A stretch of 64,000 nt of DNA from Macrostomum hystrix (lineage: Eukaryota > Animalia > Platyhelminthes), in contig CATNEN010000001.1 of NCBI GenBank assembly GCA_950097015.1, positions 11,284,001 to 11,348,000 of the forward strand, written 5' to 3'. The translations under genes and the position numbers were made by a program. Position 1 is the stretch's first letter; every line of letters starts with the position of its first letter. Shown here in pieces: positions 37,612 to 50,400 of the stretch. The notes beneath the pieces are model-generated. The model searched no databases, was not told the origin of the DNA, and was given only the letters and a program-made list of their open reading frames with translations.

Positions 37612-39662
37612 TAAGGAAGTCTCATTTTCAAGTGAATAAAATTTATACAACAAAAACTATGAAATCGTGTACTTAGTGTTGTATAGTAGAGCATGTTTTG
37701 TGTTTTTAAAGTCCAAGGCAACTTATTAAAGTATCAAATTACTTCCTATAGTTTGTTTTTTGGTCATGTAGAATTAAAACAATTTTTTTTGTTTTTTTAA
37801 GAGCTAGAATTAAACAATAGTTTTATTAATATTGATTCTATTGAAATTTGATAGTCTAAGTAGCTAGTTTCGCAATTTTTGCTGAATCAAACTATTTAAA
37901 TGTTTTGTTGTTTTTTATTTGTTTATTAGTTCTATTTAGTAGTTTAGATACATTTAATTTAGTGTTAGACTAGTAGCATGCTTCGAAATGTTTTGATTAA
38001 GCAATTAGAAACTACATTATCACTTTTATTTCAAACTAAAAAACGTTTTGGATGAGGTTTAAATATGTCTAACTATTTTGATACTTTGTTATGATGTTTA
38101 TTTTGAGTGCAGCATTTTTTTCGATTTTAACATATACTTTAGTTGAGTCGTTCCCGAAGGATTTAAATATACTCAATTAAACTGCTTTTATGTAACATAA
38201 CCACACATGTCTGCGCTATATTACAGGTATTAAGTAAAGTGATTGTCATAAAAATTGTCACAGGCTGTTAAAATACTGATCGATTTCGTAAGTTTAGTTT
38301 GTTTTATCGGATTCCAACTTTTTAACCTTTCGTAAATTTGTTAAGCTAGCTTTCTTTATTAACTAAACTATACTCAGTATTTAACATTTCGCTTACTTAC
38401 CCGGATCTACCAAATAATCTAATTCGATTATTGGATTTATCGCTTATTCGTTCATAACTTATCAAATTTGTTTAAATTTCTCGAACAAATAAATTTTCGA
38501 ATTCCGTTATATATCCTGCTTAATTTGTAGTGATAAAAATCCGTTACGCTTTTAACATTCGTAAAGTATTTACGCACCGGCACATTTTTATCAATTTGAA
38601 TCATTTTTTAGCTTGTCACGATTCTCATTAATATTACTGTAAAATGCTGCAAAGGCGTGTAGACTGGAACATATGGTACTTGATAATCATTGCCTGCTGA
38701 GCGACGCCAGGGCGCCCGACACTGCCTCCGGCGCGGACCATGTTCGCGCGCTGGCTCTGCGGCGCATCATTTGACGCCGCCCCCCTGACGTTTGGGGCTT
38801 GCGTATTTTGTTGTTGTTGTTGTTGTTGTTGATAATCAGCTTTATGCAACTGTTACTGCGAATGTAATGCACAAGCGCTACAACTCTAGAAGACCATATT
38901 CTAGAGAACTTCAGGATTCGTAATCGTATCGGATATGAAGCTGTTAGCTTGTAAAAAACTCGAAATACGCACTTGCAAATTAATTCTAATCTTGGCTGGA
39001 TTATCATTGCATCCTGTCTACTAAAGTCTAATGAGAGTCAAGTCAGCAAAGCATAGGTCCGGCACAGGAACTGATGATTGTGCCTCACACGCCCGTCTTA
39101 GCGACTCGGCACAATGTCAAAGCATTTTCTTATGAGCGCTCTTAACTTGAAATATTTTAGTTGTGAGTTGCTCCATTATTCAAAATGATTGAAACTATCG
39201 GTATTCCGTGTTTCTATAAAATTTCACACACTGCTCTGTGACTTCTAAACGATAACTAGTACTGCAAGTAGAATATAACAACAAGTCAAACAGTTTTTAG
39301 CAATACCTGATATTTTAGTATTCCAGAACAGTCTCGGATCTGCATCGCAAATGACATTCTACGTCGTATATTATAAAAACATGCGAGCTATTACTGGATT
39401 TTAATTTTAATCTATGAACTATTTTCTATCGTATTCAAAAAAAAATATTTTTATTTAGTACAAAAGCACATTGATTAGGTTTGCTTGTTTTGGGGCCACG
39501 TATGCTGCACAATGATGTTAGCTAACGAATGTGCTGAAAGCGAGTAAGAGGTTAGCTTGGATTCGCTTTGGCAAAAATGTGATACCTAGCTCTTCAAAAA
39601 GCGATTAACGCAAATTGACACAAGGCAAACGTCACATGCAGCTCTACCGAGGATTCTGGTTC

Positions 39663-40375
39663 TCATTTGAATAGTTTGCGAAACTTCACCCACAAGCCGC
39701 TTTTCTCGATCTCATCACCAACACTGGCGTCGGCAAAGTCCAGCATGAGGCAGCGTCCGAGGCTCTGGCTGTACAGAGCAGCCCGGCACTCCCAGCGTTG
39801 GTAACATCGCCAAAGCCAACTAACTTGGTGATCCATAGATAGTTCTGTGTAGCAGTAATAGGAGCTGATATTGCCCAGCTTCAGAAAGTCCACCTGCTCA
39901 AAATACGGACTCTGTCGCGTTTCAATTGGCTGGCAGACAACTTGGTAACGGTAGATGTGCTTCGAGTCAAACAAGCCGCCCGACTTTAGTCCGAGAAAGT
40001 CGTTCGTGTCGAAATTGCTCGTTGGATAGCCGGTCAACCAATCGAGGGAGGTGTTGGCCGCCACTGGCAGTAGGGTGCCATTGCCCATCTGCCAGCCATC
40101 TCTATTACTGCCGCGCTCCACCAGTAGGTCGGTGACTCCGACCCAAACGTCAGTTAAAGATGCCTGACGCATGCGAATGAACTTGCCAGGATCCATGACC
40201 AGCTCGCCGCCGATAGACAGACAGCTAGGTTTGAGCGGCATTGCACCACTGCACTGACAAGCCGCTGTAAAACTTCAGGCAGATACCGTTCGTATCCGCG
40301 AAGGGCGCCTGGCAGTTGATGGTGGTAGCTGCTGTCGTCTACTGAGAGTAAGACAATTGACGATATCAGTCGCAT
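39663..40375 (-). pseudogene. Intronless secreted C-type-lectin + PAN/apple-like protein pseudogene (two frameshifts)
   Basis: Three frames join into signal peptide MRLISSIVLLSV / TTAATTINCQAPFADTNGICLKFYSGLSVQWCNAAQT / CLSIGGELV...VWVGVTD...GWQ...YQVVCQ, then a Cys-rich apple-like tail. Frameshifts near 40339 and a 4-nt insertion at 40224-40227 that creates TAG. Confidence 0.7.
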
Positions 40376-40979
40376 GGCGATGTGATTTCTATACTAGACC
40401 GTCAAGAGCCTTTGCAAGCTAGTTTGTTATGAGGGGGAAGTACTGCGGCTTTTCATCAATAATTGCCCCAGTGTTAGAATGAGACACTTTATAGGCGGAT
40501 CGTGGCAACTCCACTGGGCTGCAAGAATAAATTTATTCATTTCAACTGACTGCAGTTTTTTTAGAGGCAATACCTGCATATCTGCATGTGGTTGCCGGAC
40601 GATCGATTTAATGAGCTCCGACAACAAAAAATATTTTCGATGTTAAAACTGCAAAATATATTTTACAGATTAATTATTATTGTTGATTTGTTTTAACTGT
40701 CACAGGATTATTTTATAGGCCTTTTATGCATTGAGTATTTTCGTTATCGTATATATGCATGTCGGATGCATTTACTGCGCGCATGCCGTTGCCACAATTT
40801 TGACCAAAGCACGCGGGAACGCAATTCTTGAAACTCGTGATGTCAGCGTTTGATCCAGCTGGAGAGTTTGTCAGATAATCGCACATCCCTGTCATGACCC
40901 TCCCTCCCTTCTGGTCTCGTCTGATGTAACATCCTACTTAGATTCCTTACACTGAGTAGCTAAGAAGCATATATAGAAT

Positions 40980-41348
40980 AAAAAATAATAATTAATGCAG
41001 GTGGGCTGCCGGCGATGCCACATCATTTAGTGACACTAGACCCGCAGCCAGCGAGAAGACAATTCCGCCCATTCCGCAGACTCCTGAGCACACACGCACA
41101 CAAATACCGTACGCAGGCACACTCTCACACAGGTATGAACATCTGCACTGACTTTCTCATCGTCAGGCAGTGAATGTACACTTCACTGTGCCTTGGAGGT
41201 TGGCCCTCAAGGGCGTAAATTGCACGACAAGCCCCCAAGCCTTCTCTCCGCGGCTGCGCCCCAAATGAATGTGGCCTCACCGGGGAATCGAACTTAGGGA
41301 CCGTGGTGCAAGAGGCAAACACGTTAACCGCTTTGCCACCCCACCCCC
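40980..41348 (-). mobile_element. SINE family A, full-length copy
   Basis: Minus strand reads GGGGGTGGGGTGGCAAAGCGG...AAGTTCGATTCCCC (A and B boxes), with the same body and a TTA-rich tail. Confidence 0.85.
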
Positions 41349-42908
41349 TGAAGCAAATTATTGGCCTTTTCTTCTACTCTGACAGTCGAGCTATTCTGTT
41401 TTCAAATATATAACTCTGCCAACCAGGCTGCTTAGCGGTTGATCTACTTGATCTCCTTATGGGCACTCGATTGACCTTCTGGTGTCGCGTTGATGTTCAG
41501 CAGCAAGAATTTCCGGTTTCATCAAGGGTGGACAGGGTTTCCGGTTTAAACTGACAAGTCGCTCTAATTGTTTCATCAAAGTTAACTTACAATCCTAAAC
41601 CAATTCATGTCAATAAATCGCTGAAACACGATTCGATTCATCACTTCGATAGGCACTTATTTCTCAATAGATCCACACACTGTTGCGTATAGCGATTCTA
41701 AGAAAATTCCAGTAGAGATGCCATCGTTAACGCGGAGTTGAGCTTTATAACAGTCTATAAAATTTTCCAGATCTTTAAAATTTTGTCTTAATTCTTTTCG
41801 TTTCACTTTGACTTTGTCTGTGCTCAAAATCGAAAGGCGTGTAGGAGTGTTTGTGATAAAAAGACATTTTCGTTTGACTGCGCACACACAGATTACTGAA
41901 AAGTAAAAACACTGATATTCTTGGGATCTGTGACACTTAATTTAGACTGACACATCCTTGATCATGCTTAATTGCACAGAATTTTGTCAATAGTATAGAT
42001 TCATGGATGCGTCCATGCAGGATTGACGTTTCATAATATTTTATGAAATTTTAATTTATATATTACTTTCCATATTGCTTCAACCCCGAGGCTTGCATAA
42101 TTAATTTTGCTTAGATGGTAAAATGATGTGAGTCAAATTAGAACGGTATTCATGAACGGAAACTCGTGCTTTTGCCAATGATGGACACGTTATAGCTAAA
42201 CACTTTATTCGAGTCAATTGGACTCCTTTTAATAGTTAAAATCACATTCGTACTGGGAAAGTCGAGCAGGATAACTTCCATGAGTTGGCCCCTTTTTTTA
42301 AATTACTTTTAGGGCGCTATTTTTTCAAACCGACTTCTCGTGAGGAAAGGTAAAGAGGGAATAGGCAATTAATAATTAAAAGTTTGCTAATTATAGAGAA
42401 GTCCTTGATTTTACCATGGAACTGAGGGCGCTACTATAGATAAAATAATTGTTGTTACTTGCGGATTTACAACGCTTTAACAAAACATGCTACTTGAGTC
42501 ACATATTTTAAGTTTAAAAGACGAAGCATGTGCTAAGAAGCTCGTAAGCTTCTCTTAGTTAATAAATTGTCACAAAAATATTTTGTTAGTAAAACTTTTT
42601 TAAATTAAGCACAAGTTTCTCTGAAAAATAAATGGGCAATGATGACGCGTGATGAATGTTAAGCTTCACTGAATGTTCTACGGAACAGTATTTCGGACAG
42701 ATCAAGCTCTACAATTTTTTGTCCTTATGAAATTTAAATAATTTTCAGTAAGCTTTCTTTCGTTTGTACAATATTTTTAGATTAAAAAGATGTAAAAAAT
42801 GAATTTAAAAGCGTCAAAGTATTTGACATCACTGTCCCGCGTTACGACTTCGTCGTCGAAACTTCTTCATATTGAAACAAGTGTTTATTTACTTTAAAAG
42901 CTGTTACA

Positions 42909-42942
42909 GAATCCGGCCTTATGCTATTATAAGGCCGGATTC
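42909..42942. other. Perfect inverted repeat (14 bp arms, 6 nt loop)
   Basis: GAATCCGGCCTTAT gctatt ATAAGGCCGGATTC. Confidence 0.85.
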
Positions 42943-44432
42943 AGGAGGCCGAATCAATGTTAATAGATTCAGTTTATCTATTAATTCTATTGAGATAAAC
43001 AAAAGGCAATTCGAGTCACATACTATAGTATCTGTGTAAAATCTAGTCCAACATCCTTAATTTTGGGCCTAGTGGCCTATATTAGCCATATATATATATT
43101 TTCAACCTATCTATTAAATCATAGTTGCTGATTCAATCATTATATACCTAAGCTAGGTAGTTATTCTTCTATGGCATCATATTCTTTAATTTAGGTTAAT
43201 ACATTCTTGGACTTGTACAGCTTTTCATTTATATTAAGTTACTATTTGTAATTTTGCAAAATTGTTTTGTGATTTTTAATGTAATAACACTTAATTGATT
43301 ATTAAGCCTTGACAGATTGGATGTGGTTTTGTTGGATATTTACTTATACCCAACAAACTAACTGTTGCTAGTTTGTCTGCCACTCTATTAGTATTGTATA
43401 AGTCTGGTAAAATATAATTGCTAAGCCTGAAGTCATCTTGTCTTCCTATCATTCTTAGTCTAGATCATGCTGGCCATAAGCCAAAATAAATTTGCCATAT
43501 TTCCTCATTTTATGTTAAATTTCACAAAATAGAAAACTGGCTAGAAGCTTTGTGCTAAATTATTCCAATCAGGAAAGGATGCCCAAAATTTAGAAATAAA
43601 TATGCAAAGTGGTTAGCATCATATAGTGTTTTAAACACTTGTTTAAATTTTTTAAACATGGAAACATGAAAATAACTTAGAATGCTTTACATTAGTGAAT
43701 AATACATCTATGAACAGTAACAAAAAGCAAAAATGTAAACAAAAAAATAATATAAATATGTATGCTGTAAAAAGCAACAAAGTTATATATCATTTGTAAA
43801 TTTTCTGTACAACAACATTGCACAAGTTGCAACCAAATTTCTGCTAATAAATGTATAATGTTATATGTAGTTATAGATTGGGTAGGGTAAGTTTTATGTG
43901 GTTTTGTAATGTGTGGGAACTTCACTATATATTGTTTGAAACTACTTTTTGGTTCTTAGCAAATTCTGATTGAAAACATGCATTTCTAGAACAAAATATG
44001 TGCCTGACCTATAGAATGATATTGAAGTGATTCAAGCCTATGTTTTCTATAATAATTATGCTTGGAATTTACATTTGCAGTTTTAAATGTCAGAATATCA
44101 GATCAGAAAAATCTGAGAGATTTGCAATCACTGGAAAACATCCAAGTTTTTGCAACTGTTAAGCAAAATGCAAAAGTAAATTTTTTAAGTTACTATGAGT
44201 AGTCAGTTTAAGAAAGTTTTGATGTTGATTATTGTACTTTTTTCATTAAGTACATTGATTTAAAAAAAGAAAATTTTTACTTTAAACTGAATTTCTCTTT
44301 TCAGCTCCAAATCATTTAATTTCTGTGGTTCTTAACAATTGAGTAAATATAGATTATAAGATTTTGTCTTTACTTTTGCAAAAAAACAGTATAGAAAGCT
44401 AGTTAACAGGGCAGCAGGGATCTCCCCCCAAA

Positions 44433-47400
44433 ATGTCCTACTCATCTGGATCTGGTGGGCCGCCACCGCCGCCACAGTTCTACAATCCATCTGCATTTGC
44501 TGCTAGTCAAAGCCAATCTTCAACTTGGAATCAGTTTGGTGCTCAGCAGCAGCAGCAGCAGCGGTATTTGCCATCAATGTATGGGACTCCAGTGTTTCCT
44601 GGACAGGTTGGCGCGGCGGAATTGGATCCAAACAATTTCTTTTCCTCTTTCGGAGTGGCTAGTCCACCTAGGCCAACATTGCAGGAACATCAGCAGCCGT
44701 TGATGCAACCACAGCAGCATCAGCAGCAGCAGCAACCATATTATCAGAAGCGAGAGATTAGGTAATTCCAGTTTATTTAGATGATTACACTAGATTCCCA
44801 TGGTTGCACAATATTTTATGAGAAGCACAGTCAGAGCCTAGGGAGGCTTATTGTGCCATTTGTTGTGTCTATGAGGGCCAACCCCCAAGGCACTTAAAAA
44901 AAGTCAGAGCGGGACGGACAGAATTTCTCACTGTTGTTGGGTTTCCGCATAATGTCAGACCTCATGGCCTGTAACCACCCGCAGCAGCTTAGATCAGCCT
45001 GACACAGCCGGCCCCACTGCCGCAGCCTACGCTTGGCCAACCGCCACTCTGGACGATCTTAACGACGACGCCGCCTCTGGCGAAGTTGGCGGCGGCGACT
45101 GGAACGACATTGAATTGGACGCCGATTCTCGCGGCACCGGCAGCGGCAACGGAAGCGGCTTTGGAAATGGCGCAGTAGCGGAAGACGACAATCACTTGGA
45201 TCCGGGTTTCGGAGTTGTGTCTAACAGCGGCGCGCACAACCGCGAATATTATTCCTCGTCATCTGGCAGCGGCGAGGACGACGAAGAGGACGAAAATGAC
45301 GACGACGACGATCCCGAAGGTGGCGCTGGCCGCGATGATGATGATATTGTATCGTCTGGCGAAGCTTCTGATGTTGAAGATGTGGCACTCAGAGCAGACC
45401 AAATGCCCCATCAGGTGTATCAGCCTAATGCTGCTGCCGCTGCCGCGAATGCTGCAGCTTCTTTTGCTCCGCCAGTGTCTGCCGCCATTGCTTCCTCATT
45501 CTATTCCTACGCAAATGAGTCTGACAATGCGCAGTTTAATATGGCTAGTCAATTATTTCAGCAACGAGGCACTGAATCTGACTCAGAACAGCGTCAGCAG
45601 CGGCAGGAACAGCAGCAGAATGTTCAGGAACAACTTGAACAGCAAGAGTCTAATCCTAATACATTTAAACCTTTGACTATCAGTCACGACTATCAAATCA
45701 ATGAGCCTGCTATTGAATTCGATCAGCAGCAGCATTTTAAAGAGGAGTCCAGGCCTTCTAGCACTGACAGTCAGCAGCCAGTTTCTCAGGCTGCTCAGGA
45801 TTATCCTGACTATGCCCCCGGGTTCAACCAGGAACAATCTAGCCAGGTTTATCAGCCGCAGAGTGCCATCGGAGATGCTCAGGCGTCCGATCTACGCGTT
45901 CAATCGTCGGCTACTCCGCCAACTCCTTGGGATCAACAGGTTGATAATGCTGATCCTAGTGAAGCAAGCCAGGCTTATCAGCAGCAGTCTGCCCCTCCAC
46001 CAGCCAGCCAGGCATATCAGCAGCAGTCTGCCCCTCCTCCGCCAGCAAGCCAGGCTTATCAGCAGCAGTCTGCCTCTCCGCCAGCCAGCGAAGCTTATCA
46101 GCAGCAGTCTACCCCTCCACCAGCCAGCCAGGCGTATCAGCAGCAGTCTGCCCCTCCACCAGCCAGCCAGGCTTATCAGCAGCAGTCTGCCCCTCCACCA
46201 GCCAGCCAGACTTATCAGCAGCAGTCTGCCCCTCCTCCGCCAGCAAGCCAGGCTTATCAGCAGCAGTCTGCCTCTCCGCCAGCCAGCGAAGCTTATCAGC
46301 AGCAGTCTACCCCTCCACCAGCCAGCCAGGCGTATCAGCAGCAGTCTGCCCCTCCACCAGCCAGCCAGGCTTATCAGCAGCAGTCTGCCCCTCCACCAGC
46401 CAGCCAGACTTATCAGCAGCAGTCTGCCCCTCCTCCTCCAGCAAGCCAGGCTTATCAGCAGCAGTCTGCCCCTCCTCCTACAGCCAGCCAGGCTTATCAG
46501 CAGCAGTCTGCCCCTCCACCAGCCAGCCAGGCATATCAGCAGCAGTCTGCCCCTCCTCCGCCAGCAAGCCAGGCTTATCAGCAGCAGTCTGCCTCTCCGC
46601 CAGCCAGCGAAGCTTATCAGCAGCAGTCTGCCCCTCCTCCGCCAGCAAGCCAGGCTTATCAGCAGCAGTCTGCCCCTCCACCAGCCAGCCAGGCTTATCA
46701 GCAGCAGTCTGCACCTCCACCAGCCAGCCAGGCTTATCAGCAACAGTCTGCCCCTCCTCCACCCGCCAGCCAGGCTTATCAGCAGCAGTCTGCCCCTCCT
46801 CCGCCAGCAAGCCAGGCTTATCAGCAGCAGTCTGCCCCTCCACCAGCCAGCCAGGCTTATCAGCAGCAGTCTGCCCCTCCACCAGCCAGCCAGGCTTATC
46901 AGCAACAGTCTGCCCCTCCTCCACCCGCCAGCCAGGCTTATCAGCAGCAGTCTGCCCCTCCTCCGCCAGCAAGCCAGGCTTATCAGCAGCAGTCTGCCCC
47001 TCCTCCGCCAGCAAGCCAGGCTTATCAGCAGCAGTCTGCCTCTCCGCCAGCCAGCGAAGCTTATCAGCAGCAGTCTGCCCCTCCACCAGCCAGCCAGGCT
47101 TATCAGCAGCAGTCTGCCCCTCCACCAGCCAGCCAGGCTTATCAGCAACAGTCTGCCCCTCCTCCACCCGCCAGCCAGGCTTATCAGCAGCAGTCTGCCC
47201 CTCCTCCGCCAGCAAGCCAGGCTTATCAGCAGCAGTCTGCCCCTCCTCCGCCAGCAAGCCAGGCTTATCAGCAGCAGTCTGCCTCTCCGCCAGCCAGCGA
47301 AGCTTATCAGCAGCAGTCTGCCCCTCCACCAGCCAGCCAGGCTTATCAGCAACAGTCTGCCCCTCCTCCACCCGCCAGCCAGGCTTATCAGCAGCAGTCT

Positions 47401-50400
47401 GCCCCTCCTCCGCCAGCAAGCCAGGCTTATCAGCAGCAGTCTGCCTCTCCGCCAGCCAGCGAAGCTTATCAGCAGCAGTCTGCCCCTCCACCAGCCAGCC
47501 AGGGTTATCAGCAACAGTATGCCCCTCCTCCGCCAGCAAGCCAAGCTTATCAGCAGCAGTCTGCCCCTCCACCAGCCAGCCAGGCTTATCAGCAACAGTC
47601 TGCCCCTCCTCCACCCGCCAGCCAGGCTTATCAGCAGCAGTCTGCCTCTCCGCCAGCCAGCGAAGCTTATCAGCAGCAGTCTGCCCCTCCACCAGCCAGC
47701 CAGGCTTATCAGCAGCAGTCTGCCCCTCCTCCGCCAGCAAGCCAGGCTTATCAGCAGCAGTCTGCCTCTCCGCCAGCCAGCGAAGCTTATCAGCAGCAGT
47801 CTGCCCCTCCACCAGCCAGCCAGGCTTATCAGCAACAGTCTGCCCCTCCACCAGCCAGCCAGGCTTATCAGCAGCAGTCTGCCCCACAACCAGCCAGCCA
47901 GGCTTATCAGCAGCAGTCTGCCTCTCAACCAGCCAGCCAGGCTTATCAGCAACAGTCTGCCCCTCCTCCACCAGCAAGCCAGACTTATCAGCAACAGTCT
48001 GCCCCTCCTCCGCCAGCAAGCCAGGCTTATCAGCAGCAGTCTGCCCCTCCTCCACCCGCCAGCCAGGCTTATCAGCAGCAGTCTGCCTCTCCGCCAGCCA
48101 GCGAAGCTTATCAGCAGCAGTCTGCCCCTCCACCAGCCAGCCAGGCTTATCAGCAGCAGTCTGCCCCTCCTCCGCCAGCAAGCCAGGCTTATCAGCAGCA
48201 GTCTGCCTCTCCGCCAGCCAGCGAAGCTTATCAGCAGCAGTCTGCCCCTCCACCAGCCAGCCAGGCTTATCAGCAACAGTCTGCCCCTCCACCAGCCAGC
48301 CAGGCTTATCAGCAACAGTCTGCCCCTCCTCCACCCGCCAGCCAGGCTTATCAGCAGCAGTCTGCCTCTCAACCAGCCAGCCAGGCTTATCAGCAACAGT
48401 CTGCCCCTCCTCCACCAGCAAGCCAGACTTATCAGCAACAGTCTGCCCCTCCTCCGCCAGCAAGCCAAGCTTATCAGCAGAATTCTGTTCCTCCTTCACC
48501 AGCGATCCAGGCTTATCAAATTTTTACACCTGGTGTTGCTTCCAGCCAACATCCGACTGCTGGGGTTTTAATGAGCTTTACAAGCCAGCCATCATCTGTT
48601 CTAGCAAATCAAATTTTTACTTCCCAGCAACAGCAGCAGCAACAGCAGTACTATAATCGTTACGCACTATGCAATCCAGCCGATGCAGATTATGAAGAAG
48701 GCACTGCGGCTGCTTTCTTTGACCACGGCAGTGACAACGAAGACGCTGTGGAAGTTTATAATACCGGTGCAGCTGGCGAAGGTGCAGCAGTTGCTGCAGT
48801 TAGTTCAGAGGAAGAAGCTACTACTGCAACTACTGTTAGTAGTTTCCAACTTCCGCCGCCTCTGCCGCGTCCTCCAGGTCAGCAGCAGCAGCAGTTAAGA
48901 ACATCTGGCTCTACCGCTGCAGAAGATTTTAATCCGCAAGGTTTCTTGTATCTGCAACCGTCAAGTTTGCAGCAGCAGCAGCAGCAGCAGCAACAAATTC
49001 AATTAGAAGAACGCACACTGACACCGCCAAATAGTAGGGCCATGTATCAGCCGCAGTATTCTCAGCAGCAGCAGCAGTTTGCTCAAAGACCGCCAAGTTC
49101 CTCCCCTGCTCCAGCCGCAGCCGCCGTCGCTAGCACTGTGGCAACTTCGCAGCCGCAAGCGGCATTTTATCAGCCAGGCTTACACTCCAACCCGATTGGT
49201 GCGCAGATTTCTCAGCCTAGGCCGATAATTAAAATGCCAGGCCTATCAGATTCATCCAGGCCTAGCAGCGAAATCCAAACTATTATGGCTGAACTAAAGC
49301 CCAGTCGTCAAGTATTGAGCGTGTCTCAACAGCAGCAACAATTGCAGGCTGCTAGGCAGCAGCAGCAGCTGCAACAGCAACAGAATCTTCAACAACAATT
49401 GCAAGCACTGCAACTGCAGCAGCAGCAGTTGCAGCAGCAATTATTGCAACAGCAATACGGTCGCTCTTCTAACAAGCACTCGCGTAACACATCAAAAACT
49501 TCCAGTTTAGCTTCCAATAATTCAATGGAATTAGGCAGTTCAGCTACGGGTCTTCCAAATATTATGCTACTGCAGCAGCCGCAGCAGCAGCCTCAGCTGC
49601 AGTTGCCCAGTGTTAGCCAGTATCCGTATGCTTATCAGCAGCAGCAGCAGCAGTTTGGCTATTCTCCAGCCGGCAGTAGGCACACAAGTCGTCCAGCTAG
49701 TCGAGCTGGCAGTGTGGCCAGCGAATTATTATCCGCTTCGTCAGTAGCGGCATCAAATCCAGTCCTGGGCAGTCTGGCCCAACAATACGAGCAGTATTTT
49801 GATAATTGCATCCGATCTCAGCCGCAGAATGCCGCCTATTTTCATCAGCAGAGACAGGAATATAGGCGCTACTTTGTCAGCTACATGGATTATATGGCTC
49901 GCTCCCAGTACGCCGCTGAAGGGGACACCGAGGATGTCCAACCAACGGGCCGGTGTACGCCCTTGAAGTTTAATCTGCCGCACGCTAGGCTAACACTGGA
50001 TGCGCCTGGGTTAGTTGTACAGGTGCGTACGCTGTTATTGGTTAGTACTATGTAAGATGCGATAACTATGCAAGATATCGAAGGAAGCTATGCAAGATAT
50101 CGAATTAAGCTATGTATGATATCGAAGGACGCTAGGTAAGATATCGAAGGAAGCTATGTAAGATATCGAATAAAGCTATGTACGATATCGAACGAAGCTA
50201 TGTACGATATCGAAGGAAGCGATGTACGATATCGAATTAAGCTATGTACGATATTGAATTAAGCTATATAAGATATCGAAGGAAGGTATGTACGATATCG
50301 AAGGAATCTACGTAAGATAGGAAGCTATGCAAGTTATCAAAGGAAGCTATGTAAGATATCGAAGAAAGCTATGTACCTTATCGAAGGAATCTACGTAAGA

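Noticed and set aside
39071-39120. Hammerhead or C/D snoRNA (CTGATGA followed by a 7-bp stem)
   Set aside because: No GAAA follows the stem, and no D box with a terminal stem is nearby.
41657-41887. 76-aa minus-strand ORF
   Set aside because: No recognisable motif or splice context, and a non-ATG start.
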